NCBI RefSeq assembly: GCF_014637345.1
Contig: NZ_BMEX01000003.1
Coordinates: forward strand, 1-64,000
Origin: Kroppenstedtia guangzhouensis
Lineage (GTDB): Bacteria > Bacillota > Bacilli > Thermoactinomycetales > DSM-45169
DNA: 64,000 nt
Direction of reading: 5' to 3'
A program made the translations under genes and the position numbers. Numbering within the stretch: the first letter of the stretch is position 1; each line of letters begins with the position of its first letter. Below, in pieces: positions 1 to 8,599 of this stretch. Below the pieces are notes generated by a model. The model was not told where the DNA came from. It saw only the letters and a program-made list of their open reading frames with translations, and ran no database searches.

Positions 1-78
1 CATCGCCTTCGGGGGGAACGATGCGAATGCCCTCAATGGCTTGGGCAATTCGTTTCTGAACTCCGGGTTCTTGCTTCA
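1..78 (-). CDS. Partial ORF running off the left edge (N-terminus MKQEPGVQKRIAQAIEGIRIVPPEGD...). Possible toxin partner of the upstream small gene.
   Basis: ATG at ~78 on the minus strand, 35 nt downstream of the stop of the 114..344 gene. Only 26 codons are visible, so the function is a guess. Confidence 0.2.
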
Positions 79-113
79 TCAGGAATTTGTTGGCCTTTCG
101 TGAAAGACGAAGG

Positions 114-344
114 TCATATTTTAAGACCACGCTTGACCGCCTCCCACGAAACAAACTCCTCATCGTGGAACTGCTCCAATTCTTCCTCGTTCATCGGCAC
201 ATCATCGGGCTCGCGTTGATTAATCTCATAATACGGGTCTTTCTGTCGGTCGATCAGGTAGCGGAGAAAGTCGTAGGCACTTTTTTTGTCCTGTTCGCGC
301 AGGCGATCCACGAGCTTGTGAAGGTCGTCCTTTTCAATGCTCAA
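114..344 (-). CDS. Small acidic protein (76 aa), putative antitoxin-like cargo gene next to the transposon res site.
   Basis: Clean ORF with a TTG start and ordinary composition. It is transcribed divergently from tnpI and sits beside the res-like repeats; Tn3-family elements often carry TA pairs at this spot. Confidence 0.35.
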   Translation of the reverse strand: MSIEKDDLHKLVDRLREQDKKSAYDFLRYLIDRQKDPYYEINQREPDDVPMNEEELEQFHDEEFVSWEAVKRGLKI

Positions 345-364
345 TAGGGGCTCCTCCGTTTCGC

Positions 365-475
365 TTGGAGATGTCCGCTAATTGAAATTAGCGGCTATGG
401 TTTCGCTGAAATCCCGCTCTTGATGTCCGCTAACGGTTCGGATAAGCTAAGAATATCATGTCCACTAATGTTAGT
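365..475. promoter_or_regulatory. Putative internal resolution site (IRS/res) for TnpI: an inverted-repeat core plus two direct-repeat copies of an ATGTCC(G/A)CTAA motif.
   Basis: GATGTCCGCTAA occurs at ~370 and ~422, and CATGTCCACTAA at ~457. An inverted pair CCGCTAAT/ATTAGCGG lies at ~374-393 and ACTAA-tg-TTAGT at ~463-474, all directly upstream of tnpI as in Tn4430. Confidence 0.45.
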
Positions 476-498
476 CAAATCTCAAAGGAGGCGTGTGT

Positions 499-1425
499 AT
501 GAGTCGATCCCCTTCAATTTCCGACCAAGCGGAACATTGGATTGACCGCTTCATCGATGACCTAACTACCCATGATGACCTGAGCCCCAAGACGCTTCGA
601 GAATATGCGGGGGATCTGCGGCTCCTTGCCGAGTGGATGGAAACCAGTTGGAGCACCCACCAGGAAGAAGATCGGAACTTTCATCCTGCGAAAATGACCA
701 CACCGACGCTGATCCGATACCGGGAGTATATGCAAACCGTCCGATCCTTAAAGCCCGCCACGGTCAACCGTCGGCTGGTGATCATTAAGCGCTTTTTCGA
801 CTGGGCGGCGAAGCAAAACATCGTGGCCCTCAATCCCGCCAAACCGGTCAAGCTTGTGCCGGTGGAAAAAACCAGTCCGCGGCAGATGACTGATCAGGAG
901 GAAGCGGCCCTGATGACCGCCGTTCAACGGGACGGGACGATCCGGGACCGGACGATCCTTCTCCTGATGCTCCATACCGGCTTACGGACCATGGAGGTTT
1001 GTGACCTTCAGTACCAGGACGTGATCCTTGGCAAGCGAAGCGGCCGCCTTTTGGTTCGTTCTGGGAAACGGAACAAGCAACGGGAGGTCCCGCTTAACAT
1101 CACCATTCGGACCGCGCTGGAGGAATATCTGGCAACGCTGGACACCCAGAGTGACGGTCCCCTCTTCCGTTCCGAAAAAACCGGCGGACGTCTGGGAGAG
1201 CGGGCCCTTCGTCACCTGATCCAGAAATACATGCGCCGGGCAGGGTTGGAAGGGTTAAGCGCCCATGATCTTCGACACCGGTTCGGGTACGTCATGGCCG
1301 ATAAGACACCGCTTCACCGATTGGCCCAAATCATGGGGCACGATAGCCTGGACACCACGATGATTTATGTGCAGGCGACCCGTTCCGACCTCCAAGCCGA
1401 AGTGGAAAAGATCGCATGGCAATAG
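499..1425 (+). CDS. tnpI: Tyrosine site-specific recombinase (TnpI-like resolvase of Tn4430-type transposons).
   Basis: Phage-integrase family motifs: Arg box (GLRTME), HDLRH (HxxR) and a catalytic Tyr in TMIYVQAT. RBS AAAGGAGG 7 nt before the ATG at 499. Confidence 0.85.
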   Translation: MSRSPSISDQAEHWIDRFIDDLTTHDDLSPKTLREYAGDLRLLAEWMETSWSTHQEEDRNFHPAKMTTPTLIRYREYMQTVRSLKPATVNRRLVIIKRFFDWAAKQNIVALNPAKPVKLVPVEKTSPRQMTDQEEAALMTAVQRDGTIRDRTILLLMLHTGLRTMEVCDLQYQDVILGKRSGRLLVRSGKRNKQREVPLNITIRTALEEYLATLDTQSDGPLFRSEKTGGRLGERALRHLIQKYMRRAGLEGLSAHDLRHRFGYVMADKTPLHRLAQIMGHDSLDTTMIYVQATRSDLQAEVEKIAWQ

Positions 1426-1474
1426 TGGACGAGTAACAAGAATCCTTTGGAGAGAACAGAAGGGAGAGCCAGAT

Positions 1475-3646
1475 TTGCCTACATACGATCTGTTGTCACC
1501 GGCTCAGCGCGCTCAGTTTACCGAGGTTCCCGGGGAGATGAGTAATCGGGAATTGACTCGCTACTACACGTTGTCCCCGGAAGAGATCGAGGTCGTCAAT
1601 CGCCGCCGGGGAGCCGCCAACCGGTTGGGATTTGCGGTTCAGCTCGGATACCTTCGGTTTCCGGGGCGTCCGTTATCGCCTCAGGAGAAAGTTCCATTGC
1701 CCATCCTGGCTCACATTGGCCGTCAGCTTGGGATCTCACCGGCCGTGATGCAAGACTATGCTCGTGGCCGGGATACCACTCGGCGGGAACACTTAGCGGA
1801 AATCCGCCGAACCTTTGGATACCGGTCCTTCACGTTGCGGGAATATCGCGAACTCAGCCGATGGTTGTCGCCGATCGCCATGGGAACCGACAAGGGGATC
1901 GTTCTCGTCGAATCTCTGATCCAGGAGATGCGAAACCGGAAAATCATCATTCCGGCCATGTATGCCGTCGAGCGGCTGGGCTGGTCGGTGCGCCGCAGGG
2001 CAGAAAACCGAGTCTATAGGCAACTAACGGAAGACTTGACGGCGGAACAATGTATCCAACTGGATCAGCTTTTGACAGTCCGGAAAGGCGGAAAACAAAC
2101 CTACCTTACCTGGTTGCGACAGCCACCCGGTAGCGTCTCCAACAAAAGCTTCCACGAGATCATGGACCGGCGGGATTACATCCGGGATCTGCAACTTCCT
2201 CTGGATAACGCCCGACAGGTTCACCAGAACCGACTGACCCAGCTGGCCCGGGAAGGCTCCCGGTACTCCGCCCAACACTTGGCCCGTTTTAACGAGCGCC
2301 GACGTTACGCCACCCTGATGGCCTTCCTCTATCACACCTATGCCGCCCTTACGGACCAAGGCCTGGAGGTTCATGACAAGCTGATTGGACGATTGTTCAA
2401 CCGCGGAGAGCACACCCACAAGGACCAATTCCAGCGAGACGGAAAAATGATCAATGAAAAGGTACGCCTGTACGCGAAAGTAGGCAAGGCACTCATTTCT
2501 GCCCGGGAGTCTGAACAAGATCCCTATGAGCTCCTGCAGTCCATCATCACTTGGGAAAAGTTTATTTCCACCGTGGAGGAGGCGGAACAACTCGCACGCC
2601 CGGCGGATTTTGATTTTCTGGACCTGCTGAATAGCCGTTATCATCAGCTTCGCAAGTATACGCCGCGGTTGTTGAATAGCTACGACTTCCGGGCTTCTGC
2701 CGCTCCCAGTGCTTCTCTTTTGGAAGCCCTTCAGCTATTGAAGGAGATGAACGTGACTGGCAAACGAAAGCTGCCGGATGAGGCTCCGGCAGCCTTTGTC
2801 AAACCCCGTTGGGAAAAACATGTGCTCCGCGAGGAGGGAATCGACCGGCATTATTACGAAATGTGTGCCCTGTCAGAGCTACGAAACCACCTTCGGTCCG
2901 GGGACCTGTGGGTGACGGGCAGCCGCCAGTACAAGGATTTCGATGAATACCTTTTGCCATTGGAGATGTGGGCCAAGATGAAGGGGGATCCCTCCCTGCC
3001 GATTGCGGCCCCGGTGGATGTCGATCGGTATTTGGAGGAACGCTCACGAAAAATGGAGGAGGAGCTGCAGAAGGTCGGCGAGTTGATCCGGAAAGACCAG
3101 TTGCCAGACGTTACTCTAACGAACGGGAAGCTCCGGATTACCCCCCTGAAAAAAGCCGTTCCTGACGGGGTGGAAGATTTGACCCGGCGCGCTTACGATC
3201 TGCTGCCACGAATCAAGCTGACCGATCTGTTGGTAGAGGTGGACGGCTGGACCCGGTTCCGGTCGGTTTACGGCATCCGGGGAACAGCCAACCTGGAGGA
3301 AGTCCTGGATGAGATTCTGGAAAACCATCGCAAAATCAACGCGATCACCGGCAAGCAACCGGAATTTTTCCGCTCCGGCACCGCCCACTATGATGACGTG
3401 GCGGTCAAAGCGGCCGGAGAACTGGGAATCCAAGTGGTCAATTATGACATTCTGGGTGATGCCGGGGGCACATACAACTCATATCAAGTGAAACAGGCTC
3501 TCCTCCGGTCCCGGGCCGGCTCGATCGCTCTTCTCCACATGAACCAACCCGGAAGCGGAACCTGTGCAGGGGTGAAAGAGGCCATCCCCATCTTGCGTGA
3601 ACAGGGCTATCGCTTCGTCAAACTGGGGGATTATAGTCTGAGATGA
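1475..3646 (+). pseudogene. tnpA: Chimeric ORF: the N-terminal ~605 aa of a Tn3-family transposase TnpA (DDE domain missing) fused in frame to the C-terminal ~115 aa of a NodB-type polysaccharide deacetylase. Likely non-functional.
   Basis: The N-terminus (LGFAVQLGYLRFPGRPL, DUF4158-like) and central region (LVEVDGWTRF) resemble Tn3-family TnpA. From ~3290 on, the sequence (TGKQPEFFRSG...IALLHMNQ...GYRFVKL) resembles a deacetylase C-terminus. Start is TTG at 1475 with RBS AAGGGAG. Confidence 0.6.
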
Positions 3647-3649
3647 GGA

Positions 3650-3686
3650 AAACCCGGAGACGCCTGTGGCGTCTCCGGGTTTTAGC
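3650..3686. terminator. Bidirectional intrinsic terminator hairpin (CCCGGAGACGCC-tgt-GGCGTCTCCGGG) flanked by A/T runs.
   Basis: Perfect 12-bp palindrome between the convergent tnpA-fusion ORF and wrbA. Confidence 0.7.
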
Positions 3687-3695
3687 TGATCCCTT

Positions 3696-4308
3696 TTATC
3701 CTTGCATTCCCTGTTTGATCCAACCTGCAACTGTGACCGTCCGTTTTGCCTGATGCATCACCGCGTCCTTCACATCTTCCTGCATGTTTCCTTCCGAATC
3801 CACCGTGACACTGGTTCCATAGGGGTTGCCTCCGCTCTTGTAAGCTGACTCATCTGTGTACCCCGGTGCCACCACGATCGCTCCCCAGTGGTACATGGTG
3901 GTATACAGGGACAAGACAGTCTGTTCTTGTCCGCCATGAGCGTTGTTGGCCGAAACCATGGCACTGACAGCCTTGTTGGCAAGTTTTCCTTGGAACCAAA
4001 GACCTCCAGTCGTATCCAAAAATTGTTTCATCTGAGAAGGGACATTTCCGAACCGGGTCGGAATGCTGAAGATGATCGCATCCGCCCATTCCAAGTCATC
4101 CAAGGAGACTTCCGGAACATCTTTAGTTGCTTCATAATGAGCCTTCCAAGCGGGATTGGATTCAATCGCTGACATAGGTGCGAGTTCCGGCACTTTTGAT
4201 ACCTTCACTTCGGCACCTGCCTGTTTGGCCCCCTCTTCTGCCCATTTGGCCAGCTTGATTGGTTCCTGTGGAGCTGTAATAAATAATCGCCAATTTAACG
4301 TTTGACAT
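3696..4308 (-). pseudogene. wrbA: WrbA-type NAD(P)H:quinone oxidoreductase (flavodoxin-like) with a +1 frameshift near codon 18 (around nt 4256).
   Basis: ATG at 4308 gives MSNVKLAIIYYSSTGTN, then the frame breaks. The second frame continues KLAKWAEEGAKQAGAEVKVSKVPEL...TPTRFGN...GGQEQT (WrbA signature). One extra G in CAAGCTG accounts for the shift. RBS AAAGGGGAA. Confidence 0.6.
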
Positions 4309-4357
4309 GGTCAATTCCCCTTTTCGTGTAAGTTATGTCTTTGTTTTTTTGATTTCT

Positions 4358-5326
4358 TTAATGAGTCTGCAATGGCTGTAACTTCGCCTCAATACTTTTC
4401 CGATGCGGTTCCAGGAAAGGAGGCAATGCGAGTGTTTTCCCCAGTTGATCCGGGGCTTCATCTGTCGCAAACCCGGGCCCATCGGTCGCCAACTCAAACA
4501 GAATTCCATTCGGCTCCCGGAAGTATATGGATTGGAAATAATAGCGATCCACCAGCCCCGACGTGACAAAACCGGCGGCCTCCAGGTGTTGATTCCACGC
4601 CTCATACTCCTGTTGATCGGGAACCCGGAACGCCACATGGTGAACTCCCCCGCGGCCCAATCGTTCAGGGGGAAGATCGGAACGTTCTTCCACGTGAACT
4701 TCGGCGCCGGCCCCTCCGGCTCCGGTGGTAAAAATGAGAATATCCGGCTGTGATTCAATCTGTGCCGGGATTTGTCCCACTTCCCGGAATCCCAGAATAT
4801 CGACCAACACCCGTGCCGTCGGTTCAGCATCCCGCACCGTCAGCGTAACCGGCCCCAAGCCGCGGATTCCCCATCTGACAGGCACGGGACTCTTCTCCCA
4901 TGGTGTTCCTCCGGGCACTCCCGGCGGATTATCATCTGCCACGAGCTGGAGACGATGCCCTTCGAAATCACGAAATGGAAGTGAGGCACGGCCTGCATGA
5001 GATCGGATCCCGTCATGATCCACTTGCAACGCTTGGAACCGATCCTCCCAATAGCGGAGAGCTTCCTGATTCGACACCCGGAGTGAAACGATGGAAATGC
5101 TGCTCACACCGGGAGAATTGGGTGCCAGGTTTGGAATATCGAAGAAGGTCAAGGTGGTACCCGGATGACCCAGTTCGTCTCCGTAATACAAGTGGTAGGA
5201 AGATGTGTCATCCTGGTTGACTGTTTTTTTAACCAGACGCATACCCAAGTTTTTTGTGTAAAAATCGACATTTCGGGACGCTTGTGCGGTTAATGCGGAG
5301 ACATGGTGAATCCCCATCAGTTCCAA
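4358..5326 (-). CDS. mhqO: Ring-cleaving dioxygenase of the VOC/glyoxalase superfamily (MhqO/MhqA-like).
   Basis: Duplicated VOC domains (MGIHHVSALTA...; GGVHHVAFRV) and a length typical of the B. subtilis MhqA/E/O family. Likely TTG start at ~5326, preceded by AGGAGGTG. Confidence 0.8.
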   Translation of the reverse strand: MELMGIHHVSALTAQASRNVDFYTKNLGMRLVKKTVNQDDTSSYHLYYGDELGHPGTTLTFFDIPNLAPNSPGVSSISIVSLRVSNQEALRYWEDRFQALQVDHDGIRSHAGRASLPFRDFEGHRLQLVADDNPPGVPGGTPWEKSPVPVRWGIRGLGPVTLTVRDAEPTARVLVDILGFREVGQIPAQIESQPDILIFTTGAGGAGAEVHVEERSDLPPERLGRGGVHHVAFRVPDQQEYEAWNQHLEAAGFVTSGLVDRYYFQSIYFREPNGILFELATDGPGFATDEAPDQLGKTLALPPFLEPHRKSIEAKLQPLQTH

Positions 5327-5375
5327 TGACTTCACCTCCTTGTTAATTTGTCCATCGTTGATGCTTGCATTCAAA

Positions 5376-5410
5376 GCTATAATAATTAAACCAGCTTACT
5401 TTTGTCAAGT
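5376..5410 (-). promoter_or_regulatory. Sigma-A-like promoter (TTGACA-N17/18-TATTAT) for mhqO.
   Basis: Minus-strand reading TTGACAAAAGTAAGCTGGTTTAATTATTAT, about 50 nt upstream of the proposed start. Confidence 0.35.
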
Positions 5411-5430
5411 AACTATACATAAATAATAAA

Positions 5431-5458
5431 CCCTCTGTTCATTGACAGAGGGTTTATT
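5431..5458. terminator. Hairpin AAACCCTCTGT-cattga-CAGAGGGTTT followed by ATTATT; terminator downstream of aspB.
   Basis: Perfect 11-bp inverted repeat immediately 3' of aspB (minus strand) and adjacent to the mhqO promoter. Confidence 0.6.
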
Positions 5459-5460
5459 AT

Positions 5461-6639
5461 TCAGGATTGGGTCACAAATTGTTCAATCCGATCCATCGCT
5501 TTTTGCAGTTGATCCATGGAAGTGGCATAGGAAAGGCGGACATGAGCAGAGGAACCGAAAGCGGATCCCGGAACCAGTGCCACCTTTTCCTGTTCCAGAA
5601 GAGCCTTCGCCCAAGCATCTGCATCGTCATAACCTGCAGTTTGTGCGGCTTCTGCTACATTGGCGAAAATATAAAAGGCGCCTTGAGGAACATCACAGTG
5701 AATCCCGGGGATCCTCAGCAAACGGTTCGCTACGTAATCCCGTCGTTTTCTAAACGCCGACAGCATTCTGTCCACCGGCTCCTGGGTGCCGGTCAAGGCC
5801 TCCAGGGCAGCATACTGGGCCACTGATGTCGGATTGGAGGTACTGTGACTGGATAACCTGGACATCGCTCCGATGATCCGGGCATCTCCCGCAGCGTAAC
5901 CGATTCGCCAACCGGTCATGGAGTAGGTTTTGGACACTCCATTGATCACAACTGTCTGGGCTTTCAGCTCGGGACTCAGGGAAGCGATGCTGACATGCTT
6001 TTCGTCTGTGTAGATCAAGAGCTCGTAGATTTCATCAGAGATGATCGTCAGGTCATGCTCAAGACAAATGTCACCCAAGTTTTGGAGCTCTTGTCGACTG
6101 TACATGGCACCGGTGGGATTGGAGGGACTGTTGATCAAAAAGGCGACGGTTTTCTCCGTCACAGCATCTTTCAATTGATCCGAAGTCACTTTGAAACCCG
6201 TCTTTTCTGTGCCTTCAATGATCACCGGGGTTCCTCCGGCCAACTTCACCTGCTCGATGTAGCTGACCCAGTAAGGGGAGGGAATGATCACTTCATCACC
6301 CGGATCAAGGATGACCTGGAACAGATTGTACAGGGCGTGTTTGGCACCCACGGTCACCACGATCTCATCCCGGTTGTATTCAAGACCTTGATCCCGTTGG
6401 AACTTGGCCCGGATGGCATCTTTCAATTCCACCACTCCACCGGCGGGAGTATATTTGGTCAATCCTTGAGTCATCGCCTTCGCGGCAGCGTCCAAGATGT
6501 GCTTGGGTGTATTGAAATCCGGTTCTCCGGCTCCCAGCACGATCACATCGTGCCCCTGATTTTTCAATTCATTGGCCATGGTTGTGATTTCGATGGTTTT
6601 TGAAGGGGTTAACCGTTGAACCCGTTGGGACAGTTTCAT
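5461..6639 (-). CDS. aspB: Aspartate aminotransferase (class I PLP aminotransferase).
   Basis: Class I aminotransferase motifs (SKTYSMTGWRIGY PLP-lysine region; NSPSNPTG). Start MKLSQRVQRL with RBS GAGAGGAG; the 57 aa upstream of it in the ORF track are not coding. Confidence 0.85.
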   Translation of the reverse strand: MKLSQRVQRLTPSKTIEITTMANELKNQGHDVIVLGAGEPDFNTPKHILDAAAKAMTQGLTKYTPAGGVVELKDAIRAKFQRDQGLEYNRDEIVVTVGAKHALYNLFQVILDPGDEVIIPSPYWVSYIEQVKLAGGTPVIIEGTEKTGFKVTSDQLKDAVTEKTVAFLINSPSNPTGAMYSRQELQNLGDICLEHDLTIISDEIYELLIYTDEKHVSIASLSPELKAQTVVINGVSKTYSMTGWRIGYAAGDARIIGAMSRLSSHSTSNPTSVAQYAALEALTGTQEPVDRMLSAFRKRRDYVANRLLRIPGIHCDVPQGAFYIFANVAEAAQTAGYDDADAWAKALLEQEKVALVPGSAFGSSAHVRLSYATSMDQLQKAMDRIEQFVTQS

Positions 6640-7037
6640 CCTGGTGCTCCTCTCTTCCTTCCGTTTCATCCTCATTTTAACACAGCCCCAACCGGTTTGC
6701 TTACATTCGATCGCCATGGAGATCAATCGACAACTGGCGAATCTTCCGAAATAGACGAGTGACGGTTTCATCAACATATGGCCCCACATTAGATATACAA
6801 ACTCAACCATTTTAACAGAACAGGAAACCTTCGGTTAACAGGTCCTCCCCTTCGGCCATCCCCGGATGAACAAGGGCTGAAGGATACCGTCCGGGCCACC
6901 CCGGGGCACGTCACACGGATTATTCCCCGAATGGGACCCTTTACAGGGGAATACGTCTGGCACTGTCATATCCTGAACATGAGGATCACGAAATGATGCG
7001 ACCTTTTCTTGTTATCAAAAGAAAACAGTCTTAAGAA

Positions 7038-7068
7038 GCAGCCGGCCAAAATCCGGCTGCTTTTTTGG
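7038..7068. terminator. Hairpin GCAGCCGG-ccaaaat-CCGGCTGC followed by TTTTTT.
   Basis: Located just 3' of the ftsH-like gene end (7085). Confidence 0.55.
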
Positions 7069-7084
7069 GAGGGAAATCCCCCGT

Positions 7085-8599
7085 TCAACCTCCGATGCGT
7101 ACCGCATCCGACGATGAGGCAGTATATTTGAGGAGTTGACGGAACTGATCCCCTGACAACACTTCTTCCCTCAGTAACACATCCAAAGCTTCTTGAAACA
7201 CATGCGAATACTGTTGAAGGAGATGCTCGGTCCGTTCATACAGATCTTTCAGGATCTTGGCCGATTCGGCATGTAACATCTCCTTGCCCACCAAGTCCTT
7301 GTCGATGATTCCCAGATCGGACAATCCCGCTTCCATCAAAGTCCGAATATAGCGGGTAGCCTGTTCGTAATCATTTTGGGCACCAGTGGATCGGTTTTTG
7401 TAAATCATCTGTTCTGCTGCTGCACCTGCCAAACAGATCATCACCTGATCCTCCAATTGTTTCCGGGTATACAGATAACGATCCTGTCCCGGATGATGCC
7501 GAACATACCCCAGTGCTTGCCCCCGGGGCGAAAGAGAGACTTGGGAGACCGAGCCTGAGCGAACCCATTCGGAAACCACCGCATGGCCCAGTTCATGAAT
7601 GGCTACCCGTTCCCGTTCTTCCCGGGTGGTCTCCCGGTCCGTTTTCTCTCCCATCATGACCTTATCGATGGCCCGGGACAAATGTTCGTGACCGATCAGC
7701 CGGCTGTTATCCCTCAAGGCATAGATCGCCGCTTCATTAGTCAGACTTTCCAACTGGGCTCCGGAGAATCCGAAGGTTTCCAAGGCGATTCGCTCAATAT
7801 CGGCATCCTCGGCCAAAGGCTTGTTCCGGGTATGCATCTTCAATATGGAGACCCTTGCTTGTTTATCCGGCAAATCAACCGAAATGTGACGATCAAAGCG
7901 ACCCGGGCGTAACAAGGCGGAATCCAGCATATCTTTGCGGTTGGTGGCCGCAACCACCAGTACCTGTACTTCCTGATCCGAAGTGATTCCGTCCATCTCC
8001 GTCAACAATTGGTTGAGAGTCTGGTCATATTCCCGATGCTGGGAGCCTTCCCGCTTACCTCCGATCACATCGATTTCATCGATAAAGATGATGGCACTGT
8101 TCTTTTGATTCTTCCGCGCTTGGGTTCGTGCGTCCCGAAACAATTCCCGGATCCGCTGCGCCCCTACCCCCACATACATCTCCACAAATTCGCTTCCGCT
8201 GGTGGCCGCAAACACGGAATCAGTGTAGTGTGCCGCCGCTTTCGCCATCAATGTTTTCCCGGTCCCGGGAGGGCCGGACAACAGAATGCCTTTAATCGGA
8301 CGGATCCCGTACTGCTGGATCCGATCCCGGTGAATCAGAAAATCCAATGCCTCTTTCAGTTCTTTTTTGGAACGGGCATGTCCCCCGATCTCCTCAAAGG
8401 AAACATCGGGAACCGAACTCTTGCGTTGTAGCCGTTTGTTCTGACCTACCCCGATCTGCGCGCCTGAACGGGACTGAAAAAAATACCAGGCCATCCCGAC
8501 AATCACAGCCAAAACCAACAGGGGCAATGGACTGAATCCCAGATAGAGAAGGAAAAGGAGGATCGACAGGGTTACACCGATTGAGATTCCTTTACCCAT
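7085..8599 (-). CDS. FtsH-family AAA+ ATPase/zinc metalloprotease paralogue, short (504 aa) with a minimal extracytoplasmic loop.
   Basis: Two N-terminal TM helices, Walker A GPPGTGKT, Walker B IIFIDEID, second region of homology, and a HELGHA zinc motif. It lacks the ~70-aa periplasmic domain and C-terminal extension of canonical FtsH. Confidence 0.8.
   Translation of the reverse strand: MGKGISIGVTLSILLFLLYLGFSPLPLLVLAVIVGMAWYFFQSRSGAQIGVGQNKRLQRKSSVPDVSFEEIGGHARSKKELKEALDFLIHRDRIQQYGIRPIKGILLSGPPGTGKTLMAKAAAHYTDSVFAATSGSEFVEMYVGVGAQRIRELFRDARTQARKNQKNSAIIFIDEIDVIGGKREGSQHREYDQTLNQLLTEMDGITSDQEVQVLVVAATNRKDMLDSALLRPGRFDRHISVDLPDKQARVSILKMHTRNKPLAEDADIERIALETFGFSGAQLESLTNEAAIYALRDNSRLIGHEHLSRAIDKVMMGEKTDRETTREERERVAIHELGHAVVSEWVRSGSVSQVSLSPRGQALGYVRHHPGQDRYLYTRKQLEDQVMICLAGAAAEQMIYKNRSTGAQNDYEQATRYIRTLMEAGLSDLGIIDKDLVGKEMLHAESAKILKDLYERTEHLLQQYSHVFQEALDVLLREEVLSGDQFRQLLKYTASSSDAVRIGG

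Larger units (their letters stand above)
1..3300 (+). mobile_element. Decayed Tn4430/Tn5401-like (Tn3-family) transposon: TA-like cargo, res site, tnpI and a 3'-truncated tnpA. The right end and IR are deleted; the left end lies outside the window.
   Basis: tnpI (tyrosine recombinase) immediately followed by a Tn3-family tnpA N-terminus, with a repeat-rich site upstream of tnpI. The TnpA DDE domain and right IR are missing. Confidence 0.6.

Noticed and set aside
10-47. GGGGGGAACGATGCGAATGCC... considered as the left terminal inverted repeat of the Tn3-family element.
   Set aside because: There is no matching right IR in the window to compare with. The segment lies inside a coding ORF, and TA cargo normally sits inside the IR, so the true end is probably left of the window.
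87-347. 86-aa plus-strand ORF overlapping the 114-344 minus-strand gene.
   Set aside because: It lies antisense to a better-formed ORF, has no RBS, and its translation is hydrophobic and low-complexity.
1367-1474. N-terminal 36 codons of the 759-aa ORF, overlapping the tnpI 3' end.
   Set aside because: No RBS at 1367. TnpA homology begins at the TTG at 1475, which has AAGGGAG upstream. The extension is an artefact of open frame.
5327-5374. First 16 codons of the mhqO ORF as called in the track (MNASINDGQINKEVKS).
   Set aside because: The promoter -10 would lie within 5 nt of that ATG. A TTG with an AGGAGGTG RBS 16 codons downstream gives an N-terminus (M-ELMGIHHV) matching MhqO-family starts.
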